Of a DNA stretch of 32,693 nt, positions 1 through 8,335 are shown in pieces. The DNA is from Candidatus Woesearchaeota archaeon (GTDB lineage: Archaea > Nanobdellota > Nanobdellia > Woesearchaeales > JAAOYA01): NCBI GenBank assembly GCA_018221105.1, contig JAAOYA010000009.1:62001-94693 (forward strand). The letters are read 5' to 3'. Position numbers and translations under genes: made by a program. Position 1 is the stretch's first letter, and every line of letters begins with the position of its first letter. A model generated the notes under the pieces. It did not search any database, was not told the origin of the DNA, and saw only the letters and a program-made list of their open reading frames with translations.

Positions 1-2302
1 CGAGAAAGCAACGGTAGAAATAGACAAAACAGTAACACACGAAAAATTAGCAAAAGCTGTCAAAGATGCAGGATACGACATAGAACAAGAAATTGATGGA
101 TCAATATTAAATTTAAAAGTTTTGGGTATGGATAACGCGCACTGCATAGGAATTGTAGGCAGCGCATTAGACAAACTTGATGGCATAATAAACAAGGAAT
201 TATTGCCAACACAAAAAGCTAAAATAACATATAATCCAAAAAAACTTGACACTGCAAGAATTCAACAAGTAATCAAAGATTCTGGCTATGAGAACTTTTT
301 AGATACTGAAAGTGAAGATAAAGAAAAAAAAGCTCGTGACAAAGAAACCAAAACACTAAAAACAAAAACCTACACCGCACTAATTCTAGCACTGCCACTA
401 TTGTATTTTGCAATGGGAGAGCATTTAGGACTGCCAATATCACAATATATAATGCAAAACATGGCATTAATACAGTTTCTAATAACAACTCCAATAATAC
501 TAGTCGGTTACGAGTTTTACACCAAAGGAATAAAATCAGTAATCAAAGCAAAAACTGCTAACATGGACACGTTAGTAGCAGTAGGCACAGGCAGCGCGTA
601 CTTGTACAGTTTATTAGCAGTCTTTAGTGGCAAAACAACAGACTTATTTTTTGAAGTTGCAGGAATACTAATAGCATTCATATTACTGGGGCGCTACCTT
701 GAAGCTAAGGCTAAAGGCAAGACCAGTGAAGCAATAAAAAAACTTATTGGGTTGCAAGCAAAAACAGCTATAATAATTCGCAAAGGTAAAGAACTCACTG
801 TGCCAATAGAACAAGTTGTTCTAGGAGATATTGTGATAGTCAAGCCAGGACAAAAAATTCCTGTAGACGGAACAGTTATCAGCGGTCACTCTTCAGTTGA
901 TGAAAGCATGGTAAGTGGTGAGCCAATACCAGTAGAGAAAAGTAAAGGCTCAAAAGTCATTGGCGCGACAATCAATAAAACAGGCAGTTTTAAATTCAAA
1001 GCAGAAAAAATTGGTGCTGACACTTTTTTGGCACAAGTCATTAAACTAGTAGAAGAAGCTCAAGGCTCAAAAGCTCCAATACAACGATTAGCTGACGTGA
1101 TAGCATCGTATTTTGTTCCAGTAGTTGTTAGCATTGCAATAATAGCATCAACAATTTACTTTTTTATCAACGGCTTTGCTTTCGCGCTAAGCATTTTTGT
1201 CGCAGTACTAATCATTGCTTGTCCTTGCGCTTTAGGCTTGGCAACGCCAACAGCAATAATAGTAGGAACAGGTCTTGGAGCACAAAATGGAATATTGTAT
1301 AAGAATGCTGAGAGCTTGCAAAAAGCGCAAAAACTTAACACAATAGTATTTGATAAAACAGGAACAATCACAAAAGGAGAGCCAGCAGTCACTGATATTG
1401 TAAGCTTATCTGCAAGAAAACAAAATGAAATATTGCAATACGCTGCAATTTGCGAAAAAAACAGTGAACACCCACTAGCAGAAGCAATACTGCAAGCTGC
1501 CAAGAACAAAAAAATAACAGTTGATAATCCAACAAAATTCATCTCAATTACAGGAAAAGGAGTTCAAGCAACCTACAAAAACAATCAATTATTGCTTGGC
1601 AATACAACACTGTTCAAAGACAAAAAAATAACAGTTGACGCTCAAACAACAACAAAAATTGATACTTTAGAAAATAACGGCAAAACAGTAATGCTAATAG
1701 CAATCAACAAAAAACTTGAAGGTTTAATAGCAGTCGCTGACACATTAAAAGAAAATTCCAAAAACGCAATCAAAGCATTAAATGATTTAGGACTTCAAAC
1801 AATAATGATCACAGGGGACAATCAAAAAACAGCTGATGTGATAGCAAAACAAGTCGGAATAGATAAAGTTTTAGCGCAAGTTCTGCCACAAGATAAAGCA
1901 AAAAAAGTAAAAGAATTACAAGAACAAGGAAGTATTGTTGCAATGGTCGGTGATGGAATCAATGACGCTGTAGCACTAACACAAAGCGATGTAGGAATAG
2001 CAATAGGCAGTGGCACTGACGTGGCAATAGAAAGTGGTGATATAGTACTAGTAAAAGATGATCTGCAAGACGTGCTAACAGCAATAGACCTATCAAAATA
2101 CACTTTTAAAAAAATCAAGCAAAACCTTTTCTGGGCCTTTTTTTACAATGTGTTAGGAATTCCACTAGCAGCAGGAATATTATATCCTTTTACAGGATTC
2201 TTGTTAAGCCCTATAATTGCTGGAGGCGCAATGGCATTTAGCAGTGTGTCAGTAGTCTCTAATACACTACTGATGAAAAAATACAAAAAACCATTAGTGT
2301 GA
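1..2302 (+). CDS. copA: Copper-translocating P1B-1 ATPase (5' truncated by window edge)
   Basis: The frame is open from base 2 ([25 protein letters not shown], the end of an HMA domain), so the true start lies before the window. Motifs: second HMA-like domain (GMDNAHC), [35 protein letters not shown], plus YN and MAFSS in the last TM pair, typical of Cu(I) pumps. Confidence 0.95.
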   Translation, partial: EKATVEIDKTVTHEKLAKAVKDAGYDIEQEIDGSILNLKVLGMDNAHCIGIVGSALDKLDGIINKELLPTQKAKITYNPKKLDTARIQQVIKDSGYENFLDTESEDKEKKARDKETKTLKTKTYTALILALPLLYFAMGEHLGLPISQYIMQNMALIQFLITTPIILVGYEFYTKGIKSVIKAKTANMDTLVAVGTGSAYLYSLLAVFSGKTTDLFFEVAGILIAFILLGRYLEAKAKGKTSEAIKKLIGLQAKTAIIIRKGKELTVPIEQVVLGDIVIVKPGQKIPVDGTVISGHSSVDESMVSGEPIPVEKSKGSKVIGATINKTGSFKFKAEKIGADTFLAQVIKLVEEAQGSKAPIQRLADVIASYFVPVVVSIAIIASTIYFFINGFAFALSIFVAVLIIACPCALGLATPTAIIVGTGLGAQNGILYKNAESLQKAQKLNTIVFDKTGTITKGEPAVTDIVSLSARKQNEILQYAAICEKNSEHPLAEAILQAAKNKKITVDNPTKFISITGKGVQATYKNNQLLLGNTTLFKDKKITVDAQTTTKIDTLENNGKTVMLIAINKKLEGLIAVADTLKENSKNAIKALNDLGLQTIMITGDNQKTADVIAKQVGIDKVLAQVLPQDKAKKVKELQEQGSIVAMVGDGINDAVALTQSDVGIAIGSGTDVAIESGDIVLVKDDLQDVLTAIDLSKYTFKKIKQNLFWAFFYNVLGIPLAAGILYPFTGFLLSPIIAGGAMAFSSVSVVSNTLLMKKYKKPLV

Positions 2303-2303
2303 A

Positions 2304-2756
2304 CTATTTTTCTTCTGGAATGACAATCCATGCAATGATATACGCCAGTATTCCCATCACGAGTCCTGTAAAAACTGTAACAATAACCCAAATTAATCTA
2401 ATCAATGTCGGATCAGTATTCAAATAATCTCCAAGACCGCCAGCAACACCTGCTATAACACGATCTTTTTTGCTGCGATAAAGCCTTTTACCGCTGTAAT
2501 GTTTTACCTTGACTGTTTTTTTTGCGATTGTTTCACCCCCACTAAAACCTTTAAAAATCAAGTAAAGCAAAGCCCCAAAAAAATTAAAAACTAAAATAAT
2601 GACAAACCAAAACAATTTTTGAGAATTTGATAAGCGGTGAGTCAAAAGAGAATCTAAAAGCGCCCAAAACCAAAAAATAGTGATTATTAAAACAATTGAA
2701 ACAATAGTTACGATAAGCCAGACAGGAATAAACCATTCAACATTAATAATCGCCAT
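2304..2756 (-). CDS. Membrane protein: PLDc_N-like N-terminal hairpin fused to a C-terminal PspC domain
   Basis: C-terminal KRLYRSKKDRVIAGVAGGLGDYLNTDPTLIRLIWV...AYIIAWIVIPEE is the PspC signature. N-terminal FWFWALLDSL...KLFWFVIILVFNFFGALLYL resembles PLDc_N. Confidence 0.85.
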   Translation of the reverse strand: MAIINVEWFIPVWLIVTIVSIVLIITIFWFWALLDSLLTHRLSNSQKLFWFVIILVFNFFGALLYLIFKGFSGGETIAKKTVKVKHYSGKRLYRSKKDRVIAGVAGGLGDYLNTDPTLIRLIWVIVTVFTGLVMGILAYIIAWIVIPEEK

Positions 2757-2778
2757 AGTATCATAATAGTGTTTTGTA

Positions 2779-2817
2779 TTTTTAAGCTTAACTTAATCAC
2801 AACCTTTTTATATATTA
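2779..2817. promoter_or_regulatory. Divergent archaeal TATA-like boxes for the pspC-like gene and desulfoferrodoxin
   Basis: TTTATATA (+, 2807-2814) lies upstream of ATG 2858, which has a GAGG RBS. CTTAAAAA (-, 2779-2786) lies about 25 nt upstream of ATG 2756. Confidence 0.45.
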
Positions 2818-2857
2818 CAGGCAATAACATAGAATACCCTATTTAGAGGCTAGATTA

Positions 2858-3238
2858 ATGACTGAGTTGAATCAAGTATACAAGTGCAATGTTTGTGGCA
2901 ATATTGTAGAAACAGTTCATGCTGGTGGCGGAACATTAGTATGCTGTAATCAACCAATGCAATTGCTGACAGAAAACACTGTTGATGCGGCACACGAAAA
3001 ACACGTTCCAATAATAGAAAAAATACCAACAGGCTATAAAGTTAGAATTGGTGAAATAGCACATCCGATGGAAGAAGGTCATTATATTGAATTTATAGAG
3101 TTACTAGCGCAAGGTCGATCATATAAAAAATTCTTAAATCCTGGCGACAAACCAGAAACAACCTTTGACACTAACGAAGATAAAGTAACAATAAGGGCTT
3201 ATTGTAACCTTCACGGTTTGTGGAGTGCTCAAAACTAG
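2858..3238 (+). CDS. dfx: Desulfoferrodoxin (class I, 2Fe superoxide reductase)
   Basis: Desulforedoxin domain [11 protein letters not shown]...LVCCNQPM. Catalytic-centre motifs [14 protein letters not shown] and YCNLHGLW. Confidence 0.95.
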   Translation: MTELNQVYKCNVCGNIVETVHAGGGTLVCCNQPMQLLTENTVDAAHEKHVPIIEKIPTGYKVRIGEIAHPMEEGHYIEFIELLAQGRSYKKFLNPGDKPETTFDTNEDKVTIRAYCNLHGLWSAQN

Positions 3239-3249
3239 GAGATGGTAAC

Positions 3250-3630
3250 ATGATAAAAATATTAGAATGGCATGAAAACCTTATGAGGCGTTTGAGCGAG
3301 AACAGTTTGAGAATGGCAATAGTTGCTAAACTATTAATTATATTTTCAGTTGGCAGCATGCTTTCAATACAACTCGCAGATTACGGCTTGTGGGTGTTAA
3401 TTGGAGCAGTACTGTTTTCACTGTTGTACTTTAACATTAACTTTTTTAGTTGGTTTGAAAACCAGACAACAAAGTATTCAACACAAGTTTTAGGTTTTCT
3501 AGCGGCAGGGCTATTGATATTCTTTTTTGGAATTCAAACACAACAACTACCATATAAAGTAGTATTTTTAGGCGTTGGAGTCGCACTACTTATTTGGCCA
3601 AGCATAGAATTATTTGCAAACATAAGATGA
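3250..3630 (+). CDS. Hypothetical membrane protein (about 4 TM), probably co-transcribed with dfx
   Basis: ATG 3250 follows GGAGATGGT, 11 nt after the dfx stop, and is preferred to the ORF-track start at 3220, which overlaps dfx. Four hydrophobic segments. Confidence 0.7.
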   Translation: MIKILEWHENLMRRLSENSLRMAIVAKLLIIFSVGSMLSIQLADYGLWVLIGAVLFSLLYFNINFFSWFENQTTKYSTQVLGFLAAGLLIFFFGIQTQQLPYKVVFLGVGVALLIWPSIELFANIR

Positions 3631-3668
3631 AAAAAATAGTTTGGCAATAGTTATTTTATGAAATTAAA

Positions 3669-4235
3669 TCATAAAACTCTTTTTGGAAGTCTCCAAATAT
3701 ATGCTGCGCTAATAAAAGATAAACTTGACATTAAAATAAATATAGCGTTAAATCCGAAATATGTTACTATAAATCCGCCAATTATTGCCCCTATTGCTGT
3801 AGAAAAATAATTTATTGCTTCCCATGTTCCCCATTCTCTTCCAGCTTTTTTTTGAGTTATGTGTTTTGTATATACTGCATCAAAGGCTGGCGCATAGAAT
3901 GCTTCTGCAAATCCTATTAGTGCTTGAACAGCAAACAAGAACCAAATAGAGTCTACGAAGATATATAAAAAGAATCCTAGTCCCATAACTGCGTAGCCGA
4001 AAGCTACAAGTAACTCGTTTCTTTTTATTTTATCAGCGTATTTTCCGGCAATGAGAGTGGTTAAACCAGCAACTAAAGCAAAAACGCTTGCTGTAATACT
4101 AGCATCTAATAAATCGCCGCCTATTTTTTCTACAAAAAGAGCGTAAATCGGGCCAAGAATTGCACCACCAATTAAAACTAAACTGTTAGTGATTAATAAA
4201 ATTCTTAGCGCTTTGTTGAACAAAAATCTTTTCAT
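3669..4235 (-). CDS. Half-size (6-TM) major facilitator superfamily protein
   Basis: MFS motif A-like AGKYADKIKRNELL, a QALIGFAEAFYAPAFDA helix and AIGAIIGG. Only 188 aa from the likely ATG at 4235 (alternative start 4274). Confidence 0.8.
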   Translation of the reverse strand: MKRFLFNKALRILLITNSLVLIGGAILGPIYALFVEKIGGDLLDASITASVFALVAGLTTLIAGKYADKIKRNELLVAFGYAVMGLGFFLYIFVDSIWFLFAVQALIGFAEAFYAPAFDAVYTKHITQKKAGREWGTWEAINYFSTAIGAIIGGFIVTYFGFNAIFILMSSLSFISAAYIWRLPKRVL

Positions 4236-4273
4236 AGAAAAATAGTTTAAACACGCCTTTAAATAATTTTTCA

Positions 4274-4774
4274 TCAGATGAACATTGCTAGTGCTAGGTC
4301 TTCGCGTATTCTGTCAATTCCAAACAATGCCCACAAGCTTAGGCCGACAGTCAAAATTAGTATTAATAGTATTGCAGTGTCAAAGCGTGCTGCTTTGTCA
4401 ATTCTTCTGGATCTGCCACTGTAATAACCAGCCCAAAACAATAAATTGGCGTATAATAGTAGTAACAGCCAGCTTTTGTAGTAATAATAGTATGTCAGCA
4501 CTGCGATTGATAGTGTGAATACTATTGTGTTCATCAGTAGTGGAGTGTACCAGTTAGGCTTGTATGTTGTCCAACCATCGAACGCTAGTCTTGTAAAAAA
4601 GTACGGCATGTAAGCTGCTAACACTAAAGCAATAACATAAACAATCCAAGCCAAATCACTAATTCCTGTCTCAATTATTGTCAAACTGAAAGCTATTAGA
4701 ATAATAAGTCCTAGTCCAATATATTGTTTATTTTCTATTGCTAGTGTTTTCAAATCTTTTTTATTGGCTTTCAC
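4274..4774 (-). CDS. Hypothetical multi-pass membrane protein
   Basis: 166-aa ORF with a GTG start and about 5 hydrophobic segments. No recognisable family motif. Confidence 0.7.
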   Translation of the reverse strand: MKANKKDLKTLAIENKQYIGLGLIILIAFSLTIIETGISDLAWIVYVIALVLAAYMPYFFTRLAFDGWTTYKPNWYTPLLMNTIVFTLSIAVLTYYYYYKSWLLLLLYANLLFWAGYYSGRSRRIDKAARFDTAILLILILTVGLSLWALFGIDRIREDLALAMFI

Positions 4775-4811
4775 AAACTAATAAACTGTCAAAAAACCTT
4801 TTTAAAAGTTA

Positions 4812-5822
4812 CTATTTTTTCTTTACTTTGCGCAAAATTCCAAACAATTCCAGAATTATCAAAATGTTCAACACTACAATAGCGCCGATAATAAGACCTG
4901 TTGTGTAATTAAAATCGCCTGACCTGACAGTTTGTTGTGTCGTGCTAGGACCGCCAGTGATTAGTACAGCGCCGTCTTGGTCTTCAACTAAGTTGTTCGT
5001 TTGTGGTGTTGTTTGAGCAGTGCTCTGCTGTACGCCGTTTTGACAATCAATAACTTCTAATTTTAATGATTTTTCTACAGTATTAGGGCCAAAATTAAGT
5101 TGTACAACTAAATTGCGAATTCCAATTTCTAATTTGCTAATATCAATACTTGCTGGTTGAGAATAACTATTATCAAGTCTTGCGGGGTTTGACGCTAACA
5201 ATAAATCTTTTCTAAAAAGTGTTCCAAAACCTTCACTATTAATTTTTAATACTATTGTCTCATCAGAATTTCCAGTGTTGACAAGCAACAAATCAACAGG
5301 CACTATTGGACTGCATAAACTAACAGGTGATTGTACTGTTGCTCTAACAATAGTTATTGAGTGATCGTCTTTTAGGACATTGAACTTGTAGCTTGTCCTT
5401 CTTCTTTTTGAAGTGCCATCATCATCATAATCAACTATTAGTTCTGCACTGTAAGAGTCTTGTGCTACACTGTAGGGAATTGCAAAATTAAAGATTTCTT
5501 GTGCTTTCTCGCCAGGGTCTAAGCGTTCTTTGTCACCTTTAAAAAATATGTCTTTTCCATTATCAATTTCTTTTAGGCGAAAACTAATGATGACGTCATC
5601 AAGGTCTATGTCATCAGTTGTTGAATAATCGTTTTGCACTCTTGCAATAAAACTAATGTTATCTCCCGGTCTGATCTCGTCAATTGTTCCACCGCTTGTT
5701 TTTGCACTATGATCTATTATGCCATTTACGAACACGTCTACTTCATCAATATCTAATTGAGCGAATGTAGATATTGCTAGAAAAACTAGTATTAAAACTG
5801 TCAAAAGTGCTGCTTTTTTCAC
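4812..5822 (-). CDS. Secreted Ig-like / putative S-layer-type protein with C-terminal TM anchor
   Basis: Likely GTG start at 5822 after GGGGG gives the signal peptide MKKAALLTVLILVFLAISTFA. Beta-rich acidic body, Thr/Gln linker, C-terminal TM and RKVKKK tail. Confidence 0.75.
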   Translation of the reverse strand: MKKAALLTVLILVFLAISTFAQLDIDEVDVFVNGIIDHSAKTSGGTIDEIRPGDNISFIARVQNDYSTTDDIDLDDVIISFRLKEIDNGKDIFFKGDKERLDPGEKAQEIFNFAIPYSVAQDSYSAELIVDYDDDGTSKRRRTSYKFNVLKDDHSITIVRATVQSPVSLCSPIVPVDLLLVNTGNSDETIVLKINSEGFGTLFRKDLLLASNPARLDNSYSQPASIDISKLEIGIRNLVVQLNFGPNTVEKSLKLEVIDCQNGVQQSTAQTTPQTNNLVEDQDGAVLITGGPSTTQQTVRSGDFNYTTGLIIGAIVVLNILIILELFGILRKVKKK

Positions 5823-5969
5823 GTGTGTTGCCCCCAACAAAGATTTTTCTGGAAAGTTTATATATAAAACTTTAGCAAAAAACAGCAAAAAGCACTGTTT
5901 TGTATAACAAGCATATAGTCATATTTAAATAAATTAAAACGCATATATATTATTGTAGGGGGTGACAGT

Positions 5970-6215
5970 ATGAGCTCTAAATTAATGCGTTGGATGATAG
6001 CGCGCAACAGGGTGAGAACTAAGCCAAAGTATCGTAGAGTCTTTAGTGGCGTGCAAATAAAAGAACTTGATAGTTACGTAAAACAAGTTTATAACCCGCC
6101 ACTGGAGCATGTCAGCGAAAAAAAACATGTTAGCAGACCTGTTGATGTGAATTTTTACATGCATAAAGTGCGAAATCCTGCGCTTGGAAAAAACAGAACT
6201 AAAGCTAGAACTTAA
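5970..6215 (+). CDS. Small basic hypothetical protein (81 aa)
   Basis: Strong RBS GGGGGTGA 4 nt before the ATG, AT-rich TATA-like upstream region, T-run downstream, Arg/Lys-rich product. Confidence 0.65.
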   Translation: MSSKLMRWMIARNRVRTKPKYRRVFSGVQIKELDSYVKQVYNPPLEHVSEKKHVSRPVDVNFYMHKVRNPALGKNRTKART

Positions 6216-6294
6216 AACTAAAAAAACTTTTTTTGATTATTTCTTCTTAATAGATTTTAAAATATTGTTTTAAAAAAATAAAAAAGTGAAGAGC

Positions 6295-6879
6295 TTAAGC
6301 AACTCTTCGATTATACAAGTCTGCCATAAAATAGTATCCTACAAATGACATTGCTGGCAAAGTCACAACAAGTGTGATTACTGGAATGCTTACTATTACT
6401 AAACCAAGCATTATTGCGATTGTTTTAACAACTGCTAGTGCTGTGTCTTCCCAGTCTTTGCTCATTACTTTCCAGACTTTTTTTACGTCATAGACATCTT
6501 CGTACTTTTCACTTTTTATGTAGTTAATAAACAGCAGTGCTAAGAACACGTCTAAAAACAGTGCTATCAAAAAGTACACTAATTGTCCAAAAGTATTGCC
6601 TGACAGCGCTCCTTGCAAAAAGCCCGTGACTAGCGCCATTGCAACTGCTGGAATTAGCATTACTAAAAACAAGAAAAATCCGTCTTTAGTGTTTTGCCAC
6701 CAAGGATTTGGTTTTGGCAAACCTTTAAAGTCTTTTTTTAGAAATTGTTTTACTATTTGCTTAAAATATCCTATTACTGTGAAGATGCCGATAATTGTCA
6801 GAACCCACCAAAAATAGAATAATCGCTTCCAGTTTGTAAACGGAAACAAAAAGCCTTCTTTTATTGTTTTTTCAGCCAT
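6295..6879 (-). CDS. DUF4013-like membrane protein
   Basis: IKEGFLFPFTNWK...IGYF...LP...W...DG pattern typical of DUF4013. 4-5 TM, RBS GGAGGGA. Confidence 0.75.
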   Translation of the reverse strand: MAEKTIKEGFLFPFTNWKRLFYFWWVLTIIGIFTVIGYFKQIVKQFLKKDFKGLPKPNPWWQNTKDGFFLFLVMLIPAVAMALVTGFLQGALSGNTFGQLVYFLIALFLDVFLALLFINYIKSEKYEDVYDVKKVWKVMSKDWEDTALAVVKTIAIMLGLVIVSIPVITLVVTLPAMSFVGYYFMADLYNRRVA

Positions 6880-7009
6880 TGAGTTATCCCTCCAACGATG
6901 ATTAATTTTTTTTTGTTTTACTAGTTTATAAATTTTTGTTAGACGACAAGCTCTGAAAAGCGAAACATTTAAATATGAATTATACTAGTATACATTTTAG
7001 TATATTAAA

Positions 7010-7174
7010 ATGGTTAATATCTCTTTTCGGGCTGTGCAGGCAAACACAAAACTAACAGACTACACAGAATTAAAACAAACAGTAGTCAATAATAAATTCA
7101 ACAACATACCAGACAAACTAAAAAGCAAAGAAAATTGTAATTCAGTCAACTGCAGTCTAACACTATACTTATAA
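7010..7174 (+). CDS. Possible small ORF (54 aa), below the ORF-track cutoff
   Basis: ATG 7010 to TAA 7174 (MVNISFRAVQANTKLTDYTELKQ...CNSVNCSLTLYL). It fills an otherwise empty gap, uses A-ending codons like the other + strand genes and has TTTAAATA at 6968-6975. Confidence 0.3.
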   Translation: MVNISFRAVQANTKLTDYTELKQTVVNNKFNNIPDKLKSKENCNSVNCSLTLYL

Positions 7175-7633
7175 AAGCGCTGGATTAGGGCAAAGTTTAT
7201 CACGAATACTAGTGGGCGGATGGCTTTCTGGTGTTTTAATTGTTCTATTTTTTTCAGTTAATAAACTAAATAAAGTTTCTAAATTAGAATTCAAAATTGT
7301 ATTATAAGTTTTTTCATCCATTTGCCTATGATGAATTTGATCTTTTAAAGAATCAATCTCTTTATGAACGGGCAAACCGGTACCAACTAGTTTTCTAGGT
7401 GAATAAGTGGATAGCATCATTTCATCAAGTTGCTCAAGTTTTTGATAAACAGGATCATCAAATCCAGTAACATTTTCTTGAATCATTCTTAGGTTGTTAT
7501 GATGAGTCCTAAGTTCATCATCAGACAATATTTTTGTTTTTATAGAATTCTCTCTGATTCTTAAAACAGGCTCAACTTGAGCATCTAACCTTCTACGTTT
7601 TGATTCTAATAAATCAAGATATTGATCACTCAT
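7169..7633 (-). CDS. Hypothetical soluble helical protein
   Basis: 154 aa from ATG 7633 (TTG 7636 alternative). TTTATATA lies about 20-28 nt upstream. No recognisable motif. Confidence 0.6.
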   Translation of the reverse strand: MSDQYLDLLESKRRRLDAQVEPVLRIRENSIKTKILSDDELRTHHNNLRMIQENVTGFDDPVYQKLEQLDEMMLSTYSPRKLVGTGLPVHKEIDSLKDQIHHRQMDEKTYNTILNSNLETLFSLLTEKNRTIKTPESHPPTSIRDKLCPNPALL

Positions 7634-7667
7634 CAAACACTCTAAAAAAAACTTATATAAAAAAGTA

Positions 7668-7741
7668 TGGGCCTACTGGGATTCGAACCCAGGCTAACCG
7701 GTCCGAAGCCGGTTGTCCTATCCAGACTAGACTATAGGCCC
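7668..7741 (-). tRNA. tRNA-Arg (anticodon UCG), intronless, CCA not encoded
   Basis: Minus strand reads GGGCCTA TA GTCT AGTCTGGATA GGAC A ACCGG CTTCGGA CCGGT TAGC CTGGG TTCGAAT CCCAG TAGGCCC A: perfect acceptor, anticodon and T stems. Upstream TTTAAAAA at 7765-7772, downstream T-runs. Confidence 0.97.
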
Positions 7742-7784
7742 GTAACTACTATAGAAAACAACTGTTTTTAAAAAAATATCGGAT

Positions 7785-8075
7785 TTACTTCTTTTTTTCA
7801 AGAACAAGCTCGATAGTTGATACTCTTACTTCTTTACCTTCTTTGTTCTTGAACTCTTCACTGTCAACTTTAATATCTTTAATTATGACAGTGTTATCCA
7901 AAAAACGCTTTGTTGAAACTTCTGAAACGTCAACAGCTCGGCTAATAAATTTTCCCCGTGCTTTAACAATCACTTCTTTGGCGTTTTTTGTCGTGAACTG
8001 CATCACAACACCTGTAACATAGTTCATAAATGGTTTACTGCCAATAAAAATATTATTGTCTTTGATTGCTGCCAT
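7785..8075 (-). CDS. albA: DNA/RNA-binding chromatin protein Alba
   Basis: IFIGSKPFMNYV...VKARGKFISRAVDV...VSTIELVL. ATG 8075 follows a GGGGGTG RBS. Confidence 0.95.
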   Translation of the reverse strand: MAAIKDNNIFIGSKPFMNYVTGVVMQFTTKNAKEVIVKARGKFISRAVDVSEVSTKRFLDNTVIIKDIKVDSEEFKNKEGKEVRVSTIELVLEKKK

Positions 8076-8099
8076 CAATTACACCCCCTAAAGTTGTTA

Positions 8100-8294
8100 C
8101 TAGTACTCTTTTTTAGTCCTTACTAGTCGAGTAATATAGCCTGCAATAATGTTTCTAAGCTTTTTGGAAGCTCCACTAGCATACTCTGAAACCAACGCTT
8201 TATTGTCATCAAAGTTCTTGGTAAACTTTTCACCATACTCTTTAAACAATTCTTTGGTAACACTCTTAATCTTCGCTGTCTTAATACGTCCCAT
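8100..8294 (-). CDS. rps17e: 30S ribosomal protein S17e
   Basis: MGRIKT..IK....L...Y...F..NFDDNK.......SKKLRNIIAGYITRL signature. Confidence 0.96.
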   Translation of the reverse strand: MGRIKTAKIKSVTKELFKEYGEKFTKNFDDNKALVSEYASGASKKLRNIIAGYITRLVRTKKEY

Positions 8295-8315
8295 GTAAGG
8301 CTGAGGAAAGAGAGG

Positions 8316-8335
8316 TTTATTTATAAAAGTTTCTA
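8316..8335 (-). promoter_or_regulatory. BRE/TATA promoter for rps17e-albA (probably leaderless)
   Basis: Minus strand TAGAAACTTTTATAAATAAA, with the TATA about 24-33 nt upstream of the rps17e ATG. No RBS before that ATG. Confidence 0.6.

Noticed and set aside
273..2391. Minus-strand ORFs overlapping copA
   Set aside because: Antisense shadows of a well-supported gene.
5823..5888. ORF-track N-terminal extension of the S-layer-like gene
   Set aside because: It overlaps a TATA-like element and the RBS. GTG 5822 yields a canonical signal peptide.
7169..7741. Integrated element at tRNA-Arg
   Set aside because: No integrase and no duplicated tRNA 3' end seen in the window.
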